In this document: positions 1-10,191 of the stretch, piece by piece
Layout: each line of letters starts with the position of its first letter
Position numbering within the stretch: the first letter of the stretch is position 1
From: an uncultured delta proteobacterium
GTDB lineage: Bacteria > Desulfobacterota > Binatia > Binatales > Binataceae
DNA: 64,000 nucleotides
Reading direction: 5' to 3'
NCBI GenBank assembly: GCA_963765675.1
Contig: CAVXXK010000015.1
Location: 64,039-128,038, forward strand
Notes under the pieces: generated by a model
What the model saw: only the letters and a program-made list of their open reading frames with translations
The model's database searches: none
Told to the model about the DNA's origin: nothing
Translations under genes and position numbers: made by a program

Positions 1-1
1 A

Positions 2-565
2 ATAATCCGTTGCGATACGTACAATCCCCCATCAAATCCGTCGCTCGGCGACTTGCTTGCGGGCGCAGATATTTTGACCAGTTGCGCAGTGATGCGCCGG
101 GAGATCTACTTGCGATGCAACGGGTGCCGCGAGGATCTGAACTACGCGGAAGATATCTTCCTATGGTTGCAGGCGCGTGAATGCGGACCGTTCCGGTTCG
201 TTCCTGCCGCGCTTACCCGTTATCTATTCGTGCTGACATCCGGACGGGAAGAAAAATATCTGAACGCCACGGTCGTATATGAGCGGCTGGTACGTGAACG
301 CTACGGCGTCAAAGTCTCGAACGTCCGCAATCTTCTGGACTTATTTGGCTTGGTGCACATGGCGCGCGGCGAACGGGCACTGGCGCGCCAGCGCTACCTC
401 GGTGCCTTGCGTCACGGCCCTGCTGATCTGCGGATCCATGCCCGCCTGCTCTGGACCTTCGTGCCCCCGCCGATTGTGCGCGCCTCTGGTCTAATAATGC
501 CGCGGCGGATCGCTCGTGCGTTAAATGGTCCTCCGCGAGGATACCTGCAATGTATCGCGTTGTGA
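2..565 (+). CDS. Family 2 glycosyltransferase, 5'-truncated by window edge
   Basis: Frame open from position 2; YAEDIFLWLQARE motif; C-terminus parallels next gene (ERYG...ARQRYL vs ERYG...ARRRYL). Confidence 0.8.
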   Translation: MIRCDTYNPPSNPSLGDLLAGADILTSCAVMRREIYLRCNGCREDLNYAEDIFLWLQARECGPFRFVPAALTRYLFVLTSGREEKYLNATVVYERLVRERYGVKVSNVRNLLDLFGLVHMARGERALARQRYLGALRHGPADLRIHARLLWTFVPPPIVRASGLIMPRRIARALNGPPRGYLQCIAL

Positions 566-613
566 GCGGAATCGGCACGCGTCACTTGCAAAGCCGAGGG
601 AGAATCTCCGCAG

Positions 614-1558
614 TTGAGAAGTAATCCAAGCGTGTCTGTGATCATCCCGGTCTACAACGGCGCGGCAACGCTGGCGGGCGCAATCGATAGCGCACTTGCT
701 CAAACCTACGCCAACGGTGTCGAGATCATCGTCATCGACAACGGTTCGACCGATGGAACTGCGAAAGTGATCGAATCCTACAAGGATCGGATCATCGCGC
801 TGCAGGAACCGGCTCGGGGAGTGGCGCGGGCACGCAACACTGGTGTTGCCGCCGCGCACGGAAAATATCTCGCGTTCCTCGATGCGGACGACCAGTGGAT
901 GCCGGAAAAGCTCGCGCGAGTTGTGCCACTGCTTGATGACGATCCCGAATGCGTACTCGCCTATCACGACGGAATGGTGAGAGATACCGATGGAACGATT
1001 GTTCAAACCACGGCGTGGCCAGACGGTCAGTGCGCCGCACCATCGCTTGACTATCTGATCAGGTACTCGGGACCCGGTCTCCCGATTCTCTTCGATTCTG
1101 TCGTGCTACGGCGCGACATCTTCGACCGCGTGGGCGGATTTGATGCGCAGCTCGAGTCTGCCGAAGACGTGTGGCTTCAGATCAAGGCACGCGAGATCGG
1201 TCACTTTTGTTATTTGTCGGAGCCTCTGGTGATGCGCCAGCAGGGGAGCAGCCCCTCACGGGAAAATTGGTACATAGCGGGGGCGTACAGGCTCCGCACA
1301 TTGATTCGCGAACGCTATGGCTCAAAGGTTGACACCCGCCACCTGGAAGTTGTCCTGAAATGGGCCGCCCTGGAAGCACTTCGCCGCGATGAACGGTCGC
1401 TGGCGCGCCGTCGTTACTTGACCGCGGCGATCCAGCGCCCCCTGCAAATCAAGAGTTGGATCGGGCTCATCGCGACATTTTTTCCTTTGAGTTTGATCAA
1501 CGCTCTGGCGCCTTCCCGGGTTGCGCAGCCTCTTGCCGCCAGCCGCAGCGGTGACTAA
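614..1558 (+). CDS. Family 2 glycosyltransferase
   Basis: VSVIIPVYNG, IDNGSTD, ARNTG, FLDADD (DxD), SAED motifs. Confidence 0.93.
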   Translation: MRSNPSVSVIIPVYNGAATLAGAIDSALAQTYANGVEIIVIDNGSTDGTAKVIESYKDRIIALQEPARGVARARNTGVAAAHGKYLAFLDADDQWMPEKLARVVPLLDDDPECVLAYHDGMVRDTDGTIVQTTAWPDGQCAAPSLDYLIRYSGPGLPILFDSVVLRRDIFDRVGGFDAQLESAEDVWLQIKAREIGHFCYLSEPLVMRQQGSSPSRENWYIAGAYRLRTLIRERYGSKVDTRHLEVVLKWAALEALRRDERSLARRRYLTAAIQRPLQIKSWIGLIATFFPLSLINALAPSRVAQPLAASRSGD

Positions 1559-1616
1559 CAGCGGTCAAAGCGTAGTCGCCGCCGCCATTTCGGCAGCCAG
1601 CTTGGGTACTAACTGA

Positions 1617-3173
1617 GTGATAAATCGAGAATCGGTCATAGGCAGCGACGGTGGACTGGCCAGCGGCCGGCTTCTGGTGCGCAATGTTTTCTGGAACGGC
1701 GTCGGGGAGGTCGGTCCGCTCATCGCCGCATTCATTGCGATGCCGATCCTGATTAATCAACTCGGTACCGAACGCTTTGGAATGATCGCGCTGGCATGGA
1801 CCGTATTCAGTTATTTCAGCCTGTTCGATATCGGGATTTCTTCGGCCTTGACCAAGCTTGCGAGCGATCGACTCGCTGTACATGCCGACGACGCAATCCC
1901 GGAGCTGATCGGCACCTCGCTCTTCCTGATGACGGCGCTGGGCCTGCTCGGCTCGGTGTTATTGGGTTTGTTTACACCCATGCTGGTGGGGGATCTCTTC
2001 AAGGTTCCAGCCGGGCTGCAGATCGAGGCGACCGGCGCATTTCATCTGCTCGTAATCGCACTCCCGATTTGTCTGACTCTGACCGCATTCACGGCAACAT
2101 TGGCGGCTTATCAACGCTTCGACCTGATCAATCTGGTGCAGAGTCCAAATGCGATGTTCTCGTCACTGGGGCCGCTCGCGGTGCTGCCTTTCTCGCACAG
2201 TATCGTGCCGATTATCGGGATATTGGTGGTCGGCCACGCGGTTACGTGGTTTGTGTATTTCGCTATGTGTATTCGCGCGGTACCGCGAATGGTGTCGCGG
2301 ATGCGGATACGGGCGGCGATGATTCCGGAATTGATCGGCTTCGGCGCATGGGCGGCGGGCTCGAATATGATCGGCATGCTGGGGGGAAGCCTCGATCGTT
2401 TCGTCCTGGCCTCGATGGCCTCGATGACGGCACTGACCTACTACGTGGTGCCCGCGCGCATCCTGCACAAACTCCGCATTCTTCCCGGCATCGTCACGCG
2501 TGTGATGTTTCCGGCGCTAACCTACAGCCTGGCGCAAGATCGCCCGCAGAGCCGAATCCTGTTCGAGCGTGGTGCCAAGACTTTGTTCGTGATCATGTTC
2601 CCCATCGCTCTGGTTACGGTCGCGTTCGCGCACGAGCTTTTGAGTGTGTGGATCGGTCCGGGATTCGCGGGGCATACCGCGGTGCTGGTTCAATTGCTGG
2701 TGGTGGCCGCGCTGATCGAGTCGCTCGGCCGGATGCCCGGCTCCCTGCTGTGGGCGGCTCATCGTCCTGATCTGAGCGCGAAGATCCAGGTTGTCGAGCA
2801 GCCAATTTACTTTGTTTTCATGTTCGTGATGGTTTATCTGCACGGAGCCTTGGGCGCCGCGATTGCTTGCGCGGTCCGCTCCGGCGCGGGAACCGCGGCT
2901 TACTGGATTGTTGCGCGAACGGTTCTTCCTGACGTCGCTCGCGGCGGCCGGCGGCTTGGATGGTTCGCACTGGCGGCGGGAGTCGGATTGGCGATCGTCG
3001 CTGTGCCATCGCCGCTGGAAATACGCATCGGACTTGTTTGCGCCGAGCTTGTGATCCTGGCGGTGGCAGCGTGGCATGGCCTGCTTGACGGTGACGACCG
3101 CGCGGTGCTGATGCGGTCGATTTGGGGTTTGGCCGAACCCGCGCCAATTCGTTCCGGCGAGGCCGTGCAGTGA
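1617..3173 (+). CDS. wzx: Wzx-type polysaccharide flippase
   Basis: Many TM helices; LGTERFG...FDIGIS N-terminal motif; LDRFVL motif; polysaccharide locus context. Confidence 0.88.
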   Translation: MINRESVIGSDGGLASGRLLVRNVFWNGVGEVGPLIAAFIAMPILINQLGTERFGMIALAWTVFSYFSLFDIGISSALTKLASDRLAVHADDAIPELIGTSLFLMTALGLLGSVLLGLFTPMLVGDLFKVPAGLQIEATGAFHLLVIALPICLTLTAFTATLAAYQRFDLINLVQSPNAMFSSLGPLAVLPFSHSIVPIIGILVVGHAVTWFVYFAMCIRAVPRMVSRMRIRAAMIPELIGFGAWAAGSNMIGMLGGSLDRFVLASMASMTALTYYVVPARILHKLRILPGIVTRVMFPALTYSLAQDRPQSRILFERGAKTLFVIMFPIALVTVAFAHELLSVWIGPGFAGHTAVLVQLLVVAALIESLGRMPGSLLWAAHRPDLSAKIQVVEQPIYFVFMFVMVYLHGALGAAIACAVRSGAGTAAYWIVARTVLPDVARGGRRLGWFALAAGVGLAIVAVPSPLEIRIGLVCAELVILAVAAWHGLLDGDDRAVLMRSIWGLAEPAPIRSGEAVQ

Positions 3174-3256
3174 ATCCCGTCGTCTCGGTGATTATCCCGG
3201 TCCAAAGCGGCGTGCGCAGAGTTGGGGAAACTGGTCAATGGTGTTCTCGCTCGTAG
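3170..3256 (+). pseudogene. N-terminal stub of a lost GT2 gene
   Basis: GTG overlapping the wzx stop (GTGA) gives MNPVVSVIIPVQSG..., nearly matching NPSVSVIIPVYNG of the 614 gene; stops after 28 aa. Confidence 0.55.
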
Positions 3257-4143
3257 TTGCAACCACCGGACGAACCGCGGAGCTGGAGCGGCTCCTCGAT
3301 AGCCTGGCTCGCCAGACGCTGCGACAATTCGAATTGCTGGTGGTTGACCAAAATCCCGATGACCGTCTGGTTCCCATCCTGCACGCGCATCAGGGCGATT
3401 ACTCGATTCGTCACCTGCGTTCGGAGCTCGGCGTTTCGCGCGCCCGCAACGCCGGCTTGCGCGAGTGTTCAGGCCAGATCGTTGGGTTTCCGGACGACGA
3501 CTGCTGGTATCTGCCTCAGACTCTCGAGCGCATTGCTCGCGAGTTTGAAGCGCGCCCCGATGCCGATGGTCTGACCGGTCCGTGCATCGATGAGAACGGT
3601 GCGATCCTGCGCCGCGGCCCGCGCTCCAGCGGATGGCTCACAAAGTACAATCTGTTCCCGCGCACGCATGCGTTTTCAACCTTTTTGCGACGCGAACGAA
3701 TCTTACCGCTCGCCGGGTTCGATGAGACTTTGGGACCTGGAGCGGGAACCCCGTGGGGATCGGCTGAGGACCACGAGTACGTTGCCCGCGCACTGGAAGC
3801 TGGCTTGCGGATCTACTACGACCCGGCGCTCGGCGTCTGTCATCCCGATGCTCCGCATTCTTTTGACGACCGCGAGATCAGGAAGGAACGAGAATACTCG
3901 CGCGGCGGCGGAAGATTTATGCGAATGCATCGCTATTCGCGATGTTATTTCGGCTACCGGATTGCGCGTGCCCTTGGTGGCGCTGCGTTGGGCGCGATTC
4001 GCGCCGATGGTCCCAAGGTTCGCTACCACCTGAACGGTGTGCTGGGAAAGTTGGAAGGATGGCGCCAAAGCGTGACCCAGATCGCGCCCGGTCCGCGAAC
4101 GCAGCTCGCGGCGATGACGGCGAGACGAGGAACTGATCGATGA
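3238..4143 (+). CDS. Family 2 glycosyltransferase
   Basis: FSLVVAT, VVDQN, SRARN, FPDDDC motifs; paralog of next gene. Confidence 0.92.
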   Translation: MVFSLVVATTGRTAELERLLDSLARQTLRQFELLVVDQNPDDRLVPILHAHQGDYSIRHLRSELGVSRARNAGLRECSGQIVGFPDDDCWYLPQTLERIAREFEARPDADGLTGPCIDENGAILRRGPRSSGWLTKYNLFPRTHAFSTFLRRERILPLAGFDETLGPGAGTPWGSAEDHEYVARALEAGLRIYYDPALGVCHPDAPHSFDDREIRKEREYSRGGGRFMRMHRYSRCYFGYRIARALGGAALGAIRADGPKVRYHLNGVLGKLEGWRQSVTQIAPGPRTQLAAMTARRGTDR

Positions 4144-4976
4144 AATTCTCGCTCGTCGTAGCAACCGTCGGACGGGTAGAGGAGTTCGGGAGATTTCTCG
4201 AGAGTCTTGAACGCCAAACCTACCGCGACTTTACAGTGCTTGTCGTCGATCAAAACCTCGACGATCGGCTGGCGCCGTTGATTGCGCGCTTCGGAGAACG
4301 CTTCGATATCCGCCATCTGCGCTCCGAGCGCGGACTTTCGCGTGCGCGCAACGTCGCGCTTCCGCTCGCTACTGGAGAGGTCGTCGCGTTTCCCGATGAC
4401 GATTGTGTATATCCGCCGGACCTGCTCGATCAGGTAGCGAGCCTGTTTGCCTCACGCTCTGATCTCGACGGTGTTTCGGGGCGTTGTCTGACTCCGGAGG
4501 GCGCGCCGCGGGGCCGATGGCCATCGCGGCCCGTTCGGATCACCAAATACAACATCTTCGGGCGCTGTATCTCTTTTACGATGTTCCTGCGCCATGCCCT
4601 GGTCGATCAAATCGGACCGTTCGACGAGACGCTCGGGCTGGGCGCGAACACACCTTGGCTCGGCGCAGAAGACTACGACTATCTTCTTCGGGCCGCTCTG
4701 CAAGGTTCCGGAGTTTACTACGATCCCAGCATCGTCGTGGTTCATCCCGGCTTGACCACGGCGTACAGCGTTCTAGACCGGACCAAACGCTACGGAAACG
4801 CTCTCGGGTTCGGCCGTTTCCTCGCCAAGCATAAGTATCCATTGGCGTTTGTCACCTACTACTCGGGGCGTTACTTCGCCGACGCAGTATTCAATTTCGC
4901 GACTGGCAGGGTCGCCAAGGCATCTTACCGATGGAGCACGCTGGTAGGGAATTTCGAAGGGTGGTTCGCGACGTGA
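4140..4976 (+). CDS. Family 2 glycosyltransferase
   Basis: FSLVVAT, VVDQN, FPDDDC, GAED motifs; ATGA coupling with upstream gene. Confidence 0.92.
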   Translation: MKFSLVVATVGRVEEFGRFLESLERQTYRDFTVLVVDQNLDDRLAPLIARFGERFDIRHLRSERGLSRARNVALPLATGEVVAFPDDDCVYPPDLLDQVASLFASRSDLDGVSGRCLTPEGAPRGRWPSRPVRITKYNIFGRCISFTMFLRHALVDQIGPFDETLGLGANTPWLGAEDYDYLLRAALQGSGVYYDPSIVVVHPGLTTAYSVLDRTKRYGNALGFGRFLAKHKYPLAFVTYYSGRYFADAVFNFATGRVAKASYRWSTLVGNFEGWFAT

Positions 4977-5737
4977 TTTCGCGCGCGAACATCCTGGGCG
5001 TCGGCGTCAGCGCGATCAACTTGCCGATTGCGCTCGACACGATCGATGACTGGATCGCGCGCCGCGATCCTAATTACGTCTGCGTCACGGGCGTCCACGG
5101 CGTGATGGAGAGCCATCGCTCGCCCGAGCTGCGCGAAATTCACAATCGCGCCGGAATGGTGACCCCCGACGGGATGCCGCTGGTGTGGCTTTCCCGGCTG
5201 ATGGGATTTCCCGAAGTCGCGCGAGTTTACGGTCCTGACCTGATGCTCGCGATCTGCGAGCGCTCGATCGTGCGGGGTTGGCGTCATTTCCTTTATGGCG
5301 GTGCGCCGGGTGTTCCTGAGCTTCTGGCCAGAAAACTATCCGAGCGGTTTGCGAGGATCGAGATCGCCGGGATGTGCTCGCCGCCGTTTCGCCCGCTCAG
5401 CGCAGCCGAAGATCACGATATCGTCGGACGTATCAACGACTCCGGCGCCGATATCCTGTGGGTCGGGCTGAGCACGCCCAAGCAGGAGCGGTGGATGGCG
5501 GCACATCGTGAGTCGCTCAATGTTCCGGTGTTGGTCGGATGCGGCGCGGCTTTCGACTTCCATGCCGGACTGAAGGCGCAGGCACCGCGCTGGATTCAGC
5601 GCAGTGGGCTCGAATGGATGTTCCGGCTCCTGTCGGAACCGCGGCGGCTGGGCCCGCGTTACCTGGTCAATAATCCGTTGTTTGTGGGCCTGATCATTCG
5701 TCAGTTGCTTCGCCGCCGCGCGCTTCCGACCGAATAA
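4973..5737 (+). CDS. WecB/TagA/CpsF family glycosyltransferase
   Basis: TPDGMPLVW, RVYGPDLM, VGLSTPKQE, GAAFDF, GLEWMFRL...EPRRL motifs; GTG start overlaps previous stop. Confidence 0.93.
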   Translation: MISRANILGVGVSAINLPIALDTIDDWIARRDPNYVCVTGVHGVMESHRSPELREIHNRAGMVTPDGMPLVWLSRLMGFPEVARVYGPDLMLAICERSIVRGWRHFLYGGAPGVPELLARKLSERFARIEIAGMCSPPFRPLSAAEDHDIVGRINDSGADILWVGLSTPKQERWMAAHRESLNVPVLVGCGAAFDFHAGLKAQAPRWIQRSGLEWMFRLLSEPRRLGPRYLVNNPLFVGLIIRQLLRRRALPTE

Positions 5738-5768
5738 CGCAATCCGAACTCGACAGGTTAATTTATCT

Positions 5769-7301
5769 ATGACACCACCGGCTAAACCCCACCGGCGCGT
5801 TTCCCGCGCCGAGCGGGTCCATACTCTAAGCGCGGTGCCTCGCGCGGCGGCGCCGATTGTGTTGCCGCGTCCGAACCGCCAACTCTCGAGCTTGTTTCAG
5901 TTTGGCGCGTTGCTACTCGCCGACCTGTCCGCGCTTACGCTCTCCGCGCTCATTGCATACGCGGTGTGGGGCTTCGGCGAAGTCCGCCAGCCGTTCGATA
6001 TGTATGCGCGCCTGTTTCCGTTACTGGCGCTGTTCCCGTTTATCTATGCTGCCTTCGGACTTTATCCCGCCTTTGGACTTGGCGCCCCTGAGATAATCCG
6101 ACGTCTGGTTTCCGCGACCAGTCTTACTTATGTGCTGCTCGCGGGCGCGACTTTTATTGTGAAGTTGTCGCCCGAGTACTCGCGCGTCACGTTTGGGATC
6201 GCGTGGTTCTTAAGTCTGGCGATGCTTCCGCTGGTCCGCTTTCTCGTCTTGACGGTAGTGCGCAAGTTTTCATGGTGGGGCGAGCCGACGGTCGTGATCG
6301 GCAATCCCTCGCAGATCGAGTTGACGATGGATTTGCTGCGCGACGCGAAGTCACTCGGCTATCGGGTGGTCGGAGTGCTGTGCTCGGATCCGGAATTCCG
6401 CGGCAAGGAAATCGACGGTGTGCAAGTCCTTGGCGGACATGATCTTGCTCCGGAGATTGCGAGCGGCGGCGTCAGCACTGCGATCGTTTGGGGCGGTTCG
6501 CGCGGCGGCTATACCGGACGCAACGGGACCCTCGATCGCGCGAACCAAATTGGATGGCTCCAGCGCCAATTCCGGCATGTCGTTATCCTGCGCGGCGACG
6601 ACGGTTTGCCGGTCGAGCACGTTCAGGTGCGCAATCTCGGAACTGTGCTGGGTATCGAATTCTCCAACGAATTGCTCCGGCCGGAAAATCGCGTCGTCAA
6701 ACGCGCGATCGATCTCATTCTGGGAACGATGTTTCTAGCGGTCGCTGCTCCAATCATCTTCGTCTGCGGGGCGATCGTCAAAATAGTCAGCCCCGGACCG
6801 ATGTTCTATGGTCAGGACCGAGAGGGTTTGGACGGCAAGAAGATCAAGATGTGGAAGCTGCGCACGATGTACGTCGATGCAGAGCGCCGCCTGTCCGAGC
6901 ATCTGGCCGCCGATCCAGCGTTGCGCGCTGAATGGGAAGCCAAGCTCAAGCTCAAGCATGACCCGCGCGTGGTCAGGGGTATCGGCTCCTTCCTGCGCCG
7001 CTTCAGTATTGACGAGCTGCCGCAGCTCTTCTGCGTGCTTGGCGGCACGATGAGCCTCGTTGGGCCGCGTCCGTTGCCGGATTATCATCTTGGCATCTTC
7101 CCGCACGAATTTCGTGAGCTGCGCCGTACGGTGCGTCCGGGTCTGACCGGACTGTGGCAGGTAACCGTGCGCAACTCTGGTGGATTGGAAGAGCATCAGC
7201 GCTATGATTCCTATTATGTGCGTAACTGGTCGATGTGGCTGGATTTTTACGTGATGGCCAAAACGGCATTCGCCGTGCTAGCGGCCCGAGGCGCATACTA
7301 A
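5769..7301 (+). CDS. wbaP: Undecaprenyl-phosphate hexose-1-phosphate transferase (WbaP/WcaJ family)
   Basis: N-terminal TM helices; KRAIDL, KLRTM, DPRV, DELPQL, MSLVGPRP, PGLTGLWQV, YVRNWS motifs. Confidence 0.9.
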   Translation: MTPPAKPHRRVSRAERVHTLSAVPRAAAPIVLPRPNRQLSSLFQFGALLLADLSALTLSALIAYAVWGFGEVRQPFDMYARLFPLLALFPFIYAAFGLYPAFGLGAPEIIRRLVSATSLTYVLLAGATFIVKLSPEYSRVTFGIAWFLSLAMLPLVRFLVLTVVRKFSWWGEPTVVIGNPSQIELTMDLLRDAKSLGYRVVGVLCSDPEFRGKEIDGVQVLGGHDLAPEIASGGVSTAIVWGGSRGGYTGRNGTLDRANQIGWLQRQFRHVVILRGDDGLPVEHVQVRNLGTVLGIEFSNELLRPENRVVKRAIDLILGTMFLAVAAPIIFVCGAIVKIVSPGPMFYGQDREGLDGKKIKMWKLRTMYVDAERRLSEHLAADPALRAEWEAKLKLKHDPRVVRGIGSFLRRFSIDELPQLFCVLGGTMSLVGPRPLPDYHLGIFPHEFRELRRTVRPGLTGLWQVTVRNSGGLEEHQRYDSYYVRNWSMWLDFYVMAKTAFAVLAARGAY

Positions 7302-8810
7302 ATGGGAGTCGCACCAAATCGCATTGAAGTTGATAGCGCCGTCGCGGCAAACTCCCGATGGCGTACTTCGCCGACCTATCCGCCGGTACAGCGCGGGCGG
7401 ATCCGGCAGCCATCGCGGATGCGCAAGATTCTGTCGCTGCGTCCTTTCCGCCTGGAGATTCTGCTCATCATCGGATACCTGGTCGCAACGCGGCTGTTTT
7501 CACTCTCGGCGGCGAAGATAGGGATCAACCTTGGGCCGCTACCGCTGTTCCTCACCGACCTCACGCTCTTCGCGCTTATCGGCCTCGCACTGCTGAGGCG
7601 TCCGGGGAAATTGATGTTCTGGCTTTCCTCGGGACGTGGTGCGACTACCGCCGGCGTAGCCCTATGGCTGCTATGCGGGATCTCGGTGATCTATTTCATC
7701 ATTGCGTTCCCGGTTTACAAGGTTATGGCGGTGCGCGATCTCGCGATCTTCTGCTACAGCCTGTTCTTCCCGTTGACTTATTTTGCGATTGGCAATCGCG
7801 GATGGGCGATCCGCGTGACCCGCTATTGCGTTTACTCCGGCTTGGTCCTTGCGGTGATGATCCTCGTACAAAAGATGACGGGGCTTGACATGGGACTCGG
7901 CGAACTGTCGCGCAATATCAATGGATCGTGGGTGGCTTATGTCGGCGGTGACGATTACGGCGCGATCACTGCCAGTGCGATGATGGGGCTCATCGCATAC
8001 CTGATGCTGGAGCGGGATTATCGCCGCTTTCACGCTATCGGCGCTTTCGTGTGTCTTCTAGCTTTAGCCGCCAACGGCGCGCGTTCGGCGGTCGTCGGAG
8101 CGGCGGTGGCAGGCGCGGTATCCTTCGTGCTCCTCTCGACGCGCTACCGAATTATCTTTGGTGCCATCTGCGCCGCATTGATTTTCGTGGTCTTGGCCGG
8201 CGCGACTTTACCGGACACGATTCCCGGAGCGCCTGCGCTGCACAATCTGTCCATCGGGATCAGCAGCGCGGTCGGCGCAAGCAAGGATATGGATGCGCAG
8301 TTCCGAATCGGCCGCTGGCACGACGTGATCGGAACCTGGCTCACGGACCCAGTGTTCGGGGTAGGCTACGGAAAGGAAATTCTAAACAGCGCCTTTATCG
8401 GATCCGACGTGGTCGGCGAATTCAACGAGGGGATGCCGCACAACACCTATCTGTTCCTCCTTGCCCGTATGGGGCTGGTTGGATTCGGACTGGTGGTGTT
8501 GGCGATGCTGTTCGGGATTGGCAAGCTGATCGGGTCGGTACGCCGCTACCGGCAACCCGATGATCTCGCGGCGCTTAATGTCCTCGTCACGCTGGCAGCT
8601 TATGCGACCTTCGTGCTTTTCTTCGAACGCCCGATGAACAACGCGGGCTTCTGGATCATGCTCGCTGCCGGCTTGCGCCTCGCCGAGACCTCGCGCGCTG
8701 CGATGATGGCGCGGCTCTCGATGCCGCGCTTCATGCCTGCGCGCTTGCGCGCGCAGTCTTCCTGCCTGGCGGTGCCTGAACTTTCAGCTCAAATTGCGCC
8801 GCAGGCTTGA
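7302..8810 (+). CDS. O-antigen ligase/Wzy polymerase family membrane protein
   Basis: Polytopic membrane protein; ARSA, FRIGRW, PVFGVGYG, PHNTYL...MGLVG motifs; true start may be ~7419. Confidence 0.85.
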   Translation: MGVAPNRIEVDSAVAANSRWRTSPTYPPVQRGRIRQPSRMRKILSLRPFRLEILLIIGYLVATRLFSLSAAKIGINLGPLPLFLTDLTLFALIGLALLRRPGKLMFWLSSGRGATTAGVALWLLCGISVIYFIIAFPVYKVMAVRDLAIFCYSLFFPLTYFAIGNRGWAIRVTRYCVYSGLVLAVMILVQKMTGLDMGLGELSRNINGSWVAYVGGDDYGAITASAMMGLIAYLMLERDYRRFHAIGAFVCLLALAANGARSAVVGAAVAGAVSFVLLSTRYRIIFGAICAALIFVVLAGATLPDTIPGAPALHNLSIGISSAVGASKDMDAQFRIGRWHDVIGTWLTDPVFGVGYGKEILNSAFIGSDVVGEFNEGMPHNTYLFLLARMGLVGFGLVVLAMLFGIGKLIGSVRRYRQPDDLAALNVLVTLAAYATFVLFFERPMNNAGFWIMLAAGLRLAETSRAAMMARLSMPRFMPARLRAQSSCLAVPELSAQIAPQA

Positions 8811-9090
8811 TGCGCGCCTATGCACGCCGACAAGACCTGGAGGTGCCGGGTCACTTAGCACCAGATCGATATCGTCGCGGACCGTGGTCGCGGCGATTGC
8901 GTATTCCGCAGCGAGCGCGCCCGCGATCGCTGCCGGTCCGGTTCCGCTCGCCAGCATGTCCCAGATTTTCCCGCCCGTTTCGTCCAGCCGATTAACTGCC
9001 CCCACTCTTTAGATCGATCACGAGCATCTCGTCGCCGATGAGCCGCCATGCGATGGACGGCGGTATCGTTGCCTGCGATTGTCGCCGAAA
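8784..9090 (-). pseudogene. PqqD-family (RRE) protein, frameshifted
   Basis: IPPSIAWRLIGDEMLVIDLKSG in one frame joins AVNRLDETGGKIWDML...AIAGALAAEYAI...DDIDLVL...GLV in another across a C5 run at 8999-9003; start not identified. Confidence 0.7.
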
Positions 9091-9219
9091 TGCGCTCTCG
9101 CGCCTGCATGCGGACGCGAGGCGTCTCGCGGACGCCGCCGTATGCTCCAGCGAGAAACTTCGTTGCAATCCCCGACTTCCGTCGATACGATCCGTAGCGT
9201 TATGTGGCAGTTTAGCGCG

Positions 9220-9411
9220 ATGAAGCCGCTCGGAAGATTACTTGCGATTGCCGTGGTCATCTGCGCGCTTCCACTCATGACAGGATGTTCGAATCAGCAG
9301 AACTCGGACTCTACGCTGGAGCAGGCAGGGCAATCTGAGCCGCCCAACGCCGCCGCTCCAGCGACCGACGCGCCACCGCATCCGCAGGACAAACCGCGGT
9401 CACAGCAATAG
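9220..9411 (+). CDS. Small lipoprotein
   Basis: MKPLGR + hydrophobic stretch + lipobox-like LMTGC, then a Pro/Gln-rich tail. Confidence 0.65.
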   Translation: MKPLGRLLAIAVVICALPLMTGCSNQQNSDSTLEQAGQSEPPNAAAPATDAPPHPQDKPRSQQ

Positions 9412-9438
9412 AACCCGCGCAACTTGATGCGCCGCGAG

Positions 9439-10164
9439 CTAGCGCGGCGTGTGCGACTTCAGGAATTCGCGTACCCGCGTAACGGTCTGCGTAATCAAGT
9501 CGGGCGTTTTCCACTCGCGCACGAGGGTTGCGTTGGGAGCCAGTTTGGCAATCTCCTCAGATGTGGCGGTGGGATGATAGTCGTCGCTGCCCATCAGAAT
9601 CATCAGCGGTGTCTTGACCGTACGGACGAAGTCGCGCGAGACGTTGAACACGAAGTCGCCCGCGTACATGCGGTCGCGGAATTCGCGCAGTCCCGCGTCG
9701 TCAATCTCCGGATGCGAAGGCTTTAGCGCCTGCGCCCATCCGTCGAACATCGCGAAAAACAGCTCGCGATTCTTTGGCGATAGCCCGATCGGATTCTGCA
9801 GTACCGCGGCGCTTACGCGATCGGGCGCGGCCTGGATCATTCCGAGCGAGTACGAGCCGCCGATGCATCCGCCGAGCAGGTGGCATCGCTTGATCCCCAG
9901 ATGATCCAGCAGGGCGATATGGTCCTGCGTGTAGGTATGCCATCCGTCGGTGCGGCCCAGCGGCGCGCGCGATTGTCCGGCGTTTCGCTGGTCCATCGCG
10001 ATCACGCGAAAATCCTTTGCGAGTTCCATCGTCGGATCGAATGGACTCTTCGGCCAGAACTCGATGGCGGATCGCATTCCGCCGGGAGCGAACAGCAGGA
10101 TCGGGTAGCCCGTGCCGAATTCTTCGTAGTAGAGCGAAACCGGACCGCGTTCGAATGAGGGCAT
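9439..10164 (-). CDS. Alpha/beta hydrolase (Cys in nucleophile elbow)
   Basis: YYEEFGTG, DQRNAGQS, GGCIGG, GSDDYHP motifs. Confidence 0.88.
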   Translation of the reverse strand: MPSFERGPVSLYYEEFGTGYPILLFAPGGMRSAIEFWPKSPFDPTMELAKDFRVIAMDQRNAGQSRAPLGRTDGWHTYTQDHIALLDHLGIKRCHLLGGCIGGSYSLGMIQAAPDRVSAAVLQNPIGLSPKNRELFFAMFDGWAQALKPSHPEIDDAGLREFRDRMYAGDFVFNVSRDFVRTVKTPLMILMGSDDYHPTATSEEIAKLAPNATLVREWKTPDLITQTVTRVREFLKSHTPR

Positions 10165-10191
10165 CGAGTTAATCTCCGTTACGTGTTGGAC

